Virus record (IMG/VR): IMGVR_UViG_3300020436_000094
Location: 1 to 24,279 of that record
Reading direction: 5' to 3' (one strand)
Source of the DNA: a virus
Lineage: Duplodnaviria; Caudoviricetes
DNA: 24,279 bases
Below are positions 9,073 to 15,861 of this stretch, one piece after another. The notes under the pieces were generated by a model, which saw only the letters and a program-made list of their open reading frames with translations, did no database searches and was not told the origin of the DNA. The position numbers and the translations under genes were made by a program. How positions within the stretch are numbered: the first letter of the stretch is position 1; every line of letters starts with the position of its first letter.

Positions 9073-9538
9073 ATTCTTCCCACGCCTCGTCTTGTAGAGA
9101 TTCTATTGCTTTATTTATATAATTTTGTGTTTGTTCTTGTCCAGTAGACGTTAAACTAGCACGTAACTGGTCTTTGAGTACAGTTAATTTTAATTTATAA
9201 TACTGAATCACTAACCTATCGTCGTTTTGACTGGTCGCTTGTTTAATTTTTGCATCTAATTCTTGTAATGCTGTCTCATATCTTTGGAATATAGTAGAAC
9301 TAAAGTCGCCATCTGCAAAAGATTTAACAGTATCCTCTACTTTTGACATAAATATCTTATATGTTTCAGAATTTTTACAGGAATCTAGTATATTCTTGAC
9401 TGTTTTGTGGTCAATCTTCAGTTCTCTGCCCGTAGCTCGTAAAACCCAGCCATTTGAGTAACAACTTTCAAGGAATTTCCACATTTTCTTGTTATAATCT
9501 ACTTCTTCAGGAAATAACTGGTTTAATTTATTGTTCAT
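9053..9538 (-). CDS. HTH + coiled-coil protein, probable terminase small subunit with a sigma-region-4-like HTH
   Basis: HTH GWVLRATGRELKIDHKTVKNIL followed by long helices. Size and position upstream of terL fit TerS. Confidence 0.55.
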   Translation of the reverse strand: MNNKLNQLFPEEVDYNKKMWKFLESCYSNGWVLRATGRELKIDHKTVKNILDSCKNSETYKIFMSKVEDTVKSFADGDFSSTIFQRYETALQELDAKIKQATSQNDDRLVIQYYKLKLTVLKDQLRASLTSTGQEQTQNYINKAIESLQDEAWEEYGEKIQ

Positions 9539-9761
9539 AACTTATTTGTGCCTCCCTTTTGCTTTCTCTGTTACGTCTCTCACGGTATTTACCAATATAT
9601 TTTGATACACACCACTTATAGTCGTTTGGCATAACATTCTCTTCAAGTATGTAAAGACACGCATCATGTAAAATATCCTCGCAGTCAATCTTAGTTATAC
9701 CATACTTTGCTCCGTTTAGCAAACAATAATCCTTTAGCTCTAGATATTGCATTTCTGTCAT
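9528..9761 (-). CDS. Small protein resembling sigma-70/ECF region 2
   Basis: DCEDILHDACLYILE...KW....YIGKYRERRNR resembles DAEDLxQExFL...W.......DYxRRxxR. Start moved to ATG 9761 (AGGGG SD; the track start at 9806 lies inside the promoter). Confidence 0.55.
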   Translation of the reverse strand: MTEMQYLELKDYCLLNGAKYGITKIDCEDILHDACLYILEENVMPNDYKWCVSKYIGKYRERRNRESKREAQISYEQ

Positions 9762-9782
9762 TAATAGTAAACCCCTTATACT

Positions 9783-9813
9783 AGTATAAATAGCCCAGAA
9801 AGCCATTTGTCAA
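9783..9813 (-). promoter_or_regulatory. Putative leftward (late operon) sigma70-type promoter with a 19-bp spacer
   Basis: Minus strand TTGACA (9813-9808), 19 nt, TATACT (9788-9783). Confidence 0.45.
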
Positions 9814-10120
9814 GTTTTATTTATTATCTAGGTAAATACAGCACTATATGTGCTTTAGAATACCTTATACCAGTATTCTTTGGTAACTAATAACTACAAT
9901 TGGGTGAGCATTGGGCGGCGTTGTAAGTGCCCGTAACTATTACATATTTATAATAACAATAAATACTTGCAGTTTTTATGAGGAGAGTTGGGAAATCAAC
10001 CCATGTACTTTTATTAGGGGTGTGGGCGGTTGTGGCAACCTAGGGGGGGTCTACAAAAGGCAAAAAAAATTTACACAAAAACGGCAGACAAGGTTTATAT
10101 ATTCATTATAGAAATAATTA

Positions 10121-10137
10121 TGCGGGAATATCCCGCA
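10121..10137. promoter_or_regulatory. 17-bp palindrome copy 1 (TGCGGGA-ATA-TCCCGCA)
   Basis: Perfect 7-bp inverted repeat ending 23 nt upstream of a -35 box; one of six copies. Confidence 0.8.
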
Positions 10138-10160
10138 AATAATTAATTTCGTTTTGGTAC

Positions 10161-10188
10161 TTGATATTATTGATATATCATTCATAAT
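10161..10188 (+). promoter_or_regulatory. Putative sigma70 promoter for the first rightward gene
   Basis: TTGATA (10161-10166), 16 nt, CATAAT (10183-10188). Confidence 0.5.
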
Positions 10189-10218
10189 AATAGAGTGAAT
10201 AAGTTAGTAGGAGAGAAC

Positions 10219-10782
10219 ATGAAAATAAACGATTACAAAACAGTAATTAAAGGTCTTGTCAAAGGCGACGACCTTTTCCAATCTAACTTTAAGAACCTAA
10301 GAGGTTTAATGGTTCAGGATTCAAAATTCCTAGGAGATAAAAAATATAATCTATCTCAAAAGACTAGGGATTGGAATCCAGCAACTTTGGACCTTGTTAA
10401 ATCTTGGAATGTATCAGAAAGATATTACGATACAGTATCAAGAGCTTATCGTTCATCTACTAAGCTAGATAGCAATGGTAAGTTAAATAAAAAGGGAATG
10501 GCACTTTCGGCAAAGTCTATTCAAAATCTAGGACTTACCGAAGAGGCTAAAAAGTCAGGCTGGAAAGCTAAAGATTCTAGCCCAGCAAAGCCCAAAGCTA
10601 AAAAGGTTTTGTCTAATGATGAAAAATTAAGCCTTATTGGTTTACTTTTCTCAGACTTAACCAAAGATAAATTCAGACCTACAGAAGATAGACTGAATTT
10701 TCTTAGGGATAAAATCGAAAGTTATGAAATAGCTATTCAACATATCCCAGCAACTAAAACAGCCATAGCCGGCAAAAACTAA
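10219..10782 (+). CDS. Basic hypothetical protein, stand-alone early gene
   Basis: ATG 10219 follows AGGAGA (track start GTG 10195). Lys-rich, with its own promoter and terminator. Confidence 0.85.
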   Translation: MKINDYKTVIKGLVKGDDLFQSNFKNLRGLMVQDSKFLGDKKYNLSQKTRDWNPATLDLVKSWNVSERYYDTVSRAYRSSTKLDSNGKLNKKGMALSAKSIQNLGLTEEAKKSGWKAKDSSPAKPKAKKVLSNDEKLSLIGLLFSDLTKDKFRPTEDRLNFLRDKIESYEIAIQHIPATKTAIAGKN

Positions 10783-10798
10783 AAAATCAAAAACAAAA

Positions 10799-10814
10799 TC
10801 TAACTTATTCACAA
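10799..10814 (+). repeat. 16-bp direct repeat copy A, TCTAACTTATTCACAA (contains DnaA-box-like TTATTCACA)
   Basis: Identical to 21977-21992. Confidence 0.8.
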
Positions 10815-10837
10815 CCCCCGCAAGGGGGTTTTTTTTT
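10813..10837 (+). terminator. Rho-independent terminator
   Basis: AACCCCC-GCAA-GGGGGTT hairpin (GNRA loop) running into a 9-T tract. Confidence 0.93.
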
Positions 10838-10846
10838 GTCTAATTT

Positions 10847-10863
10847 TGCGGGAAAAACCCGCA
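10847..10863. promoter_or_regulatory. 17-bp palindrome copy 2 (TGCGGGA-AAA-ACCCGCA)
   Basis: One mismatch to consensus; directly after the terminator. Confidence 0.75.
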
Positions 10864-10916
10864 AATTAAAACTATAAAATCTTAACTTTTGTTATTATTA
10901 ATATTTTGCAGAGGGT

Positions 10917-11053
10917 ACTAGTGTTTACATGAGTAGCAACTGGTCACTTGACATACTAGTATATTAGTGTATACTTATATGTATATATTAGTTACTAGTA
11001 GATACTAGTTATTAGTATTTAATTATATTAGTAAGTATTAACTAGTAACTAGT
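10917..11053. repeat. AT-rich cluster of AYTAGT hexamers (iteron-like)
   Basis: ACTAGT at 10917, 10955, 10994, 11004, 11041, 11048 and ATTAGT at 10963, 10987, 11011, 11027. Non-coding. Confidence 0.7.
10948..10975 (+). promoter_or_regulatory. Sigma70 promoter of the early operon
   Basis: TTGACA (10948-10953), 16 nt, TATACT (10970-10975). Confidence 0.7.
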
Positions 11054-11070
11054 TGCGGGATTCTCCCGCA
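11054..11070. promoter_or_regulatory. 17-bp palindrome copy 3 (TGCGGGA-TTC-TCCCGCA)
   Basis: Perfect, extendable to 19 bp (11053-11071). Lies between the promoter and the first RBS. Confidence 0.8.
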
Positions 11071-11093
11071 AATACAAATGGAGGTGAGATACC

Positions 11094-11369
11094 ATGAGTG
11101 AATTCTACGATACAATCTCCTATGGTGAGTTAGTCAAAGGCGACAAGCTAAAGACTACTCAGCTAAGAGAAGTTGGTGTCGAACAACCTATAACTTCTTA
11201 TCTAATGGAATCACCTAAGCAGGGTAAAGGACTAAAGAAAACTGTCTTAGTTGATACCAAGGGTACTGAAGTAGGTTTCTTTGATGAGATGGGTTCTATC
11301 TATGCCAGTCATGTGATGGCAGTAGAACGAGATGGCGAGTGGTTGGCAGTCGTTGGTCAACCAGAGTAA
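11094..11369 (+). CDS. Hypothetical early protein
   Basis: GGAGGTG SD; 91 aa, small beta-rich domain. Confidence 0.85.
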   Translation: MSEFYDTISYGELVKGDKLKTTQLREVGVEQPITSYLMESPKQGKGLKKTVLVDTKGTEVGFFDEMGSIYASHVMAVERDGEWLAVVGQPE

Positions 11370-11385
11370 GCGGGAATGTCCCGCA
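11369..11385. promoter_or_regulatory. 17-bp palindrome copy 4 (AGCGGGA-ATG-TCCCGCA)
   Basis: Begins on the last base of a TAA stop codon. Confidence 0.8.
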
Positions 11386-11390
11386 ATACC

Positions 11391-11536
11391 TGTGTAGCTT
11401 AGACAGGATTAAGGCGTGAGATTAAAGTGACCTGTTCACGATGAGCTACACATACTAAATGGGTAAGTTCGGAGTTCAAGCCCACAACAAAATGAATTCT
11501 AGGTTTTGGTGGTTTTATTCCTCACAAAAATCACCA
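11391..11536 (+). ncRNA. Putative structured RNA leader (closed multi-stem domain, H-type pseudoknot, hairpin)
   Basis: Pairings read by eye: 11391-11400/11443-11452; 11403-11407/11431-11435; 11460-11464/11480-11484; 11471-11478/11493-11500; 11507-11516/11527-11536. Confidence 0.55.
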
Positions 11537-11562
11537 CTATACTAAACAGGAGGTGAGTTCCT

Positions 11563-11982
11563 ATGGGTAGATACTATAATGGTGATATCAATGGCAAGTT
11601 CTGGTTTGCAGTACAGAATAGTAATGATGCAAATCATTTCGGAGTCCGAGGTGTATACTTTTTGCAGAGTGATGGCAAAAAATTGTATGAAGAAGCCGAG
11701 TATTACGATGGCTTAGAGTATTACTTTGGAGAAGAACATCTGTCTGGTGTTATAACTAAACTCAATGACATAGCTGACCAACTAGGCTCTTACAAAGCTG
11801 AGTTAGACAAGTTTTTCAAAGAGAACAATGGTTACAATGACGAGATGATAGTAGAACAAACCAATATACCAGCAGAAGAAGTAGACAAGGCTCTAGTATT
11901 GTATGCTAGACACGACTTAGGTAAAGAGATTCGTGATTGTATTATACAATGCGGTCGCTGTGCTTTTGATGCTGAGTTATAA
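11563..11982 (+). CDS. Conserved phage hypothetical protein (MGRYY.GDI.GKFWFAVQ family)
   Basis: AGGAGGTG SD; N-terminal motif recalled from marine phage hypotheticals; acidic. Confidence 0.85.
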   Translation: MGRYYNGDINGKFWFAVQNSNDANHFGVRGVYFLQSDGKKLYEEAEYYDGLEYYFGEEHLSGVITKLNDIADQLGSYKAELDKFFKENNGYNDEMIVEQTNIPAEEVDKALVLYARHDLGKEIRDCIIQCGRCAFDAEL

Positions 11983-11997
11983 ATAAGGAGGTGAGTA

Positions 11998-12171
11998 ATG
12001 CAACCAGATAAGAAAGATGCTGAGTTACTAGAGAAGTGTGCCGACATGCTTCATGAATTGTATAATTATATACATATCGTAAGCACCACACATCACAAAC
12101 GCATGAACCTAGATGAAAAGTTTGAGTCACTCAGAACAGACATCAAGTTAATAAAAAAACAACTAAAATAA
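11998..12171 (+). CDS. Hypothetical protein (57 aa)
   Basis: Manual translation: MQPDKKDAELLEKCADMLHELYNYIHIVSTTHHKRMNLDEKFESLRTDIKLIKKQLK. Strong AAGGAGGTG SD; fills a gap. Confidence 0.8.
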   Translation: MQPDKKDAELLEKCADMLHELYNYIHIVSTTHHKRMNLDEKFESLRTDIKLIKKQLK

Positions 12172-12184
12172 GGAGGGAACTAAC

Positions 12185-12406
12185 ATGAGTAGACGTGTAC
12201 AGGACCTAGGACTGAACGCTATTGACAATATTCTGTTTGACAGATTTGTTGCTGTGCAGTACGAAGGTGGCGATAACATGATGAGTCAAGAGGCACGAGA
12301 ACGAGCTGGCTTAACTCGTGATGAGCACTTTACCATCATAAAAAGATATGGCGAGTTGGCAGAGAAATATCCAGCAGTCATTGAATACTATCAAAACAAT
12401 GGATAG
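12185..12406 (+). CDS. Hypothetical early protein
   Basis: AAGGAGG SD; motif FVAVQYEG..NM.S..ARE.AGL. Confidence 0.8.
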   Translation: MSRRVQDLGLNAIDNILFDRFVAVQYEGGDNMMSQEARERAGLTRDEHFTIIKRYGELAEKYPAVIEYYQNNG

Positions 12407-12421
12407 AAGGAGGACAGGCAC

Positions 12422-12691
12422 ATGAGTAGAAGTTATCCAATATGGAATATCATCAACTCTTGTGCCTATCAACAAGGTAACAAATCATACGGCGTAAAAG
12501 AAACCGGTGATGTCCTTGTAAAGGTAGGCACGAGTGCGAGTAACTCTCATCACTTTGTTAAGCATGTGGTAACACACCGCAAGCACGACAATGGCGACAG
12601 AGAGTATCGTTTTTATGTTGACAATGTATGTATTAAGCGTGCATTATTACGTAAAGATGCAAACGAACTAGAACAATTACCACCAGTATAG
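12422..12691 (+). CDS. Conserved phage hypothetical protein (SYPIWN family)
   Basis: AAGGAGG SD; SYPIWN...C.Y...KSYG...VGTSASNSH motif. Confidence 0.8.
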   Translation: MSRSYPIWNIINSCAYQQGNKSYGVKETGDVLVKVGTSASNSHHFVKHVVTHRKHDNGDREYRFYVDNVCIKRALLRKDANELEQLPPV

Positions 12692-12700
12692 GAGGATACT

Positions 12701-13015
12701 ATGGACGAAGAAACTACAGAATTGATACTAGAAGAAGAAGAAACTTCTTTTCTTATCAGAGGTACAACACCATTAACAAACCCATATAGTTTTAATTTTG
12801 GTACAGACTTGTACGAATACTTAGAACGCTGTTATCCAGAGTATGCAGAGTGTCATGTCAGGTGGCACTCATGCATATGTCTGTTGATGAAAAATAGAAA
12901 ACTAGACCCGATACCCAGTCATGCAGTACATGTATGGTTACGAGATATCGGTGTAATACCACACCCCACAAGGGGTTTGCAAACCTACAGAGAGGAGGAA
13001 GATGATGGTAAGTAA
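12701..13015 (+). CDS. Hypothetical early protein
   Basis: AGGAGG SD; His/Cys-containing, 104 aa. Confidence 0.7.
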   Translation: MDEETTELILEEEETSFLIRGTTPLTNPYSFNFGTDLYEYLERCYPEYAECHVRWHSCICLLMKNRKLDPIPSHAVHVWLRDIGVIPHPTRGLQTYREEEDDGK

Positions 13016-13238
13016 AGAAAAAGTGTATTGGTTTGACCACAAACCAACTGATGATAATGATGGTTACATCTATGGTCTTCAGTATTTATGGAATGATGAC
13101 GTTATGTATTGTAAATGGTACAAAACTGAAGAAGAGAGAGATACCGATTACGAACTCAGAGATGACATCAAGTCAAAGATACTAGAAGAAGAAATAAGTC
13201 GGTACTATCCCGAATACAAACAATTATTAAACAAATAA
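13002..13238 (+). CDS. Hypothetical early protein
   Basis: AGGAGG SD; acidic/aromatic, 78 aa. Confidence 0.75.
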   Translation: MMVSKEKVYWFDHKPTDDNDGYIYGLQYLWNDDVMYCKWYKTEEERDTDYELRDDIKSKILEEEISRYYPEYKQLLNK

Positions 13239-13254
13239 GCGGGAACTTCCCGCA
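13238..13254. promoter_or_regulatory. 17-bp palindrome copy 5 (AGCGGGA-ACT-TCCCGCA)
   Basis: Fills the space between a TAA stop and the next AGGAGG RBS. Confidence 0.8.
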
Positions 13255-13265
13255 AGGAGGTAAAC

Positions 13266-13445
13266 ATGGACAAAAATACAAAAACATATAAAGTATATCT
13301 CAGTAATATTCACTATTACGAAACCACTGTCGAAGCTAGTGATGAAGATGAAGCTTATCAGATAGCATCTGAGTTAACCTACGATGAAACAGGACCTGAA
13401 GTGTCGACTAATGGTTTTGAAGTAGACGAAATACAGGAGGACTAG
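13266..13445 (+). CDS. Small acidic protein, DpnD/PcfM-like (59 aa)
   Basis: Manual translation: MDKNTKTYKVYLSNIHYYETTVEASDEDEAYQIASELTYDETGPEVSTNGFEVDEIQED. AAGGAGGT SD; VEA.DE.EA motif. Confidence 0.8.
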   Translation: MDKNTKTYKVYLSNIHYYETTVEASDEDEAYQIASELTYDETGPEVSTNGFEVDEIQED

Positions 13446-13447
13446 TG

Positions 13448-13558
13448 ATGAGTAAGATTAAAGAATGGGTAAAGCGAAACAAATTTGGTTTGGGTCTTAT
13501 ATTTTATCCACTAATTTTGTTACTGATTTGCAATGCTCTGGCGAATCTGTTATATTAA
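13448..13558 (+). CDS. Single-pass membrane peptide (36 aa)
   Basis: Manual translation: MSKIKEWVKRNKFGLGLIFYPLILLLICNALANLLY. AGGAGG SD 7 nt upstream. Confidence 0.7.
   Translation: MSKIKEWVKRNKFGLGLIFYPLILLLICNALANLLY
13528..13556 (+). promoter_or_regulatory. Internal sigma70 promoter
   Basis: TTGCAA (13528-13533), 17 nt, TATATT (13551-13556) with an extended -10 TG; followed by AAGGAGGTG and ATG 13581. Confidence 0.6.
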
Positions 13559-13580
13559 AAAAGTAAGGAGGTGCAACCAT

Positions 13581-13784
13581 ATGAGCGATATAGTTAGAGA
13601 GGCTTGGATAGAACATAGAGCCGAAGAACTTATGGAGAAGTCTAGTACATTGGACTTCAAGGATGCCATGATTCAAGCAGAAGAGGATTGGTATACACAA
13701 GAGTATAGTAAGATTCCTGACCAAGTTTTGGATGATGATGACTCTTGGCGTGAGTACGATATTGATGACAAGGAGGAACTATGA
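13581..13784 (+). CDS. Small acidic hypothetical protein
   Basis: Start moved to ATG 13581 on SD evidence; very D/E-rich. Confidence 0.8.
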   Translation: MSDIVREAWIEHRAEELMEKSSTLDFKDAMIQAEEDWYTQEYSKIPDQVLDDDDSWREYDIDDKEEL

Positions 13785-13978
13785 GTAAAAAATTCGTAAT
13801 AAGAGCTAGTGAAGTTATAGAATACGTTGGGTTTTATGAAGCTGATAACATGGAGGAAGCAAAGAGTATGTTGTCTAGACAAGTATCAGAAGTAACTTGG
13901 AACGCCCATAAAGATGTTGAAGTAGAGTACAACGGATTCCAGTGGGATATCTGTGAGGAGGTGAAAGATGGAGAATAA
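13781..13978 (+). CDS. Small acidic protein, DpnD/PcfM-like
   Basis: KKFVI...E......YEADNMEEAK motif; ATGA coupling. Confidence 0.75.
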   Translation: MSKKFVIRASEVIEYVGFYEADNMEEAKSMLSRQVSEVTWNAHKDVEVEYNGFQWDICEEVKDGE

Positions 13979-14153
13979 ACCAGCAACAGACTGGTCTATG
14001 TCTATTAGATTTACGGCTAACACAATAGAGAATGGTATAGAAAAAGATTATTATTCTTTTGGTGGTGAGGTGCTTGATGCTAGTACATTACAAGCAGTGA
14101 AAGAAGCTGTACTAAAAGCTATGAACAAACGAGAAAAAGAAAGGAGAAAGTAA
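13968..14153 (+). CDS. Hypothetical protein
   Basis: GGAGGTG SD; 61 aa. Confidence 0.75.
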   Translation: MENKPATDWSMSIRFTANTIENGIEKDYYSFGGEVLDASTLQAVKEAVLKAMNKREKERRK

Positions 14154-14368
14154 TGGGTAAAAAAATAAACGGAATGAGTGCGTCATTCTACAAGTTGATG
14201 TACTACCCACCCGAACAAAGTGAATGGGATAGTAAAGCAAGTAAAAGTTTTTTTGATTCCATGAAAGTAAAGGAGGTTGAAGTTGCAGAAACTAAACAAG
14301 CAAGGGACGGAACTGGTATTGCTAGCATTGCACGGAGTAAGAAAAAGACTATCAAAAGAAAAGTTTAA
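14153..14368 (+). CDS. Hypothetical protein
   Basis: TAATG coupling, AAGGAG SD. Confidence 0.65.
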   Translation: MGKKINGMSASFYKLMYYPPEQSEWDSKASKSFFDSMKVKEVEVAETKQARDGTGIASIARSKKKTIKRKV

Positions 14369-14546
14369 TTCTTATTGCGAGTTGTCATATGATAGTGCCG
14401 ATAGGTCTGACACTCCCGTTTCGGAAGAAACAAGAGAAGATTATTGGAACTGGTGGCAACGTGACCCAGTTGCATTTTTCTCTCACGTTAAAAATTTAAG
14501 GGAATACTTGTTGCTAGAAGTAACACAGTGGACAAGTGAATTCTAG
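14283..14546 (+). CDS. Hypothetical protein (TTG start)
   Basis: In-frame TTG at 14283 is 6 nt after AGGAGG. Overlaps the previous gene by 86 nt. Confidence 0.55.
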   Translation: MQKLNKQGTELVLLALHGVRKRLSKEKFNSYCELSYDSADRSDTPVSEETREDYWNWWQRDPVAFFSHVKNLREYLLLEVTQWTSEF

Positions 14547-14603
14547 TGGGAGAAATAATATTACTATTGATTATAATTATATTTATATTAGGAGGTGATT
14601 AGT

Positions 14604-14807
14604 ATGGCGTATTATGATAACAAAAACTCTGAACGCAGAGAACAGTTAGAGAAAGAAAAGCAAGAAGGAATAACCATCTTAGCTATTATAAACTCTGCTA
14701 TTGCTATGGAACAGCACGGTCTTAACATTAACAATGTAAAGCGTAATGTTGAAGAGTTGTTACAGTACAGAGATGAACTACTATACGGAAAAGAAGGAGA
14801 AGAGTAA
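14604..14807 (+). CDS. Hypothetical helical protein upstream of the helicase
   Basis: ATG 14604 follows AGGAGGTG; TAATG-coupled to the helicase. Confidence 0.75.
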   Translation: MAYYDNKNSERREQLEKEKQEGITILAIINSAIAMEQHGLNINNVKRNVEELLQYRDELLYGKEGEE

Positions 14808-15853
14808 TGGATAACGCATATCTAAACTTGATGACTTTCTTATTGAAGAAAGATAAACGACAAGTGTTAGAACCAATAGTAAAGAAAATTAAATTAGACG
14901 CACCCTTTGATATAGTGTTGGATGAGTTGATGATGAGTAAGACTGATATAACTAAGGCGGACTTACTTGATTTTGTTAAGGGTAAACTTAACTCAACAGA
15001 GTTTAATTATCTCAAAGGTATGTCAGAACGAGTGACTACTGCTGTAGGGTACAGGTCTATCCATTACTTACAAACACTTACACAATTAAAAGAAGTAGGT
15101 GACGTACTTAAATCACGAGTGCGTCCAGAGAAGAAACTTGAAAGAATAAATGTAGCATCAGACGTTAGAGCTATAACAACACAAGCAGTAGCTAAACCTA
15201 TAAGTGAATTTGTGTCGGATACTACTAATGATTTACTTAGTTTATTTTATTACGGAGTAAGTAGAGAAGAGTTAGCCGTATTGTGTGCGTTTAGTGGTAG
15301 AGGTAAGACTACCATACTGTTGTCACTAGTGCGTCAAGCAATACGAGATGGACTCAAAGTTTTATTTGTATCAGTACAAGATTTTTCTGAGGGTATGCTG
15401 AAAGAACGTATCGCTACGGCACATGAGTTTCCGGACTTTTATGCTGTGTGCTCGTCGTCGTTTGGTATACCAGAGCTAGAAGTAGAGGTAGATTCTTTGA
15501 TGCCAGACGTAGTATTTCTAGATTACATGAGTGTACTAGACGCACCACAGAGCAAAGAGAAAAGATTTCAGTTGGAATACATATCTGAGAATCTTAAACG
15601 AGTAGCTCAGAATAAGAAGATAGCTATTATTACAGCTCATCAGTTAAATGCTGATGTAAACTTACCAAGTGAAAAAGAATTGTTAGAGGCTAAGGCGGGA
15701 CTCCTAGCTCACACAGACTTAGTGCTTGGTATAGGTGGTGACATGTACGATACGGTGCGAAATGTTACTACAATTAAATCAAGAAGAGCAGCACCAGTAG
15801 ATGTATTCAAAGTTGATATTGACTTTGCAAATCTAAACACATCTATTTTTTAG
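14807..15853 (+). CDS. Replicative DNA helicase (DnaB-like, SF4)
   Basis: Walker A AFSGRGKTT, Walker B VVFLDYM, TAHQLN and KSR arginine-finger motifs. Confidence 0.9.
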   Translation: MDNAYLNLMTFLLKKDKRQVLEPIVKKIKLDAPFDIVLDELMMSKTDITKADLLDFVKGKLNSTEFNYLKGMSERVTTAVGYRSIHYLQTLTQLKEVGDVLKSRVRPEKKLERINVASDVRAITTQAVAKPISEFVSDTTNDLLSLFYYGVSREELAVLCAFSGRGKTTILLSLVRQAIRDGLKVLFVSVQDFSEGMLKERIATAHEFPDFYAVCSSSFGIPELEVEVDSLMPDVVFLDYMSVLDAPQSKEKRFQLEYISENLKRVAQNKKIAIITAHQLNADVNLPSEKELLEAKAGLLAHTDLVLGIGGDMYDTVRNVTTIKSRRAAPVDVFKVDIDFANLNTSIF

Positions 15854-15861
15854 GAGAACAT

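Noticed and set aside
9911-10111. 66-aa plus-strand ORF in the divergent region
   Set aside because: TTG start without a clear SD, atypical composition, and it runs through G- and A-tracts. Likely non-coding.
11388-11484. tRNA-like fragments: a D-arm-like UAGCUUAGACAGGAUUAAGGC and a T-loop-like GUUCAAG
   Set aside because: No anticodon stem, T-stem or acceptor pairing, and the spacing is too long. Alternative stems explain the region better.
10121-13254. Palindromes as N4-type hairpin promoters (short stem, 3-nt loop)
   Set aside because: The loop sequence is unconserved, no virion RNAP is visible, and normal sigma70 promoters are present. Not fully excluded.
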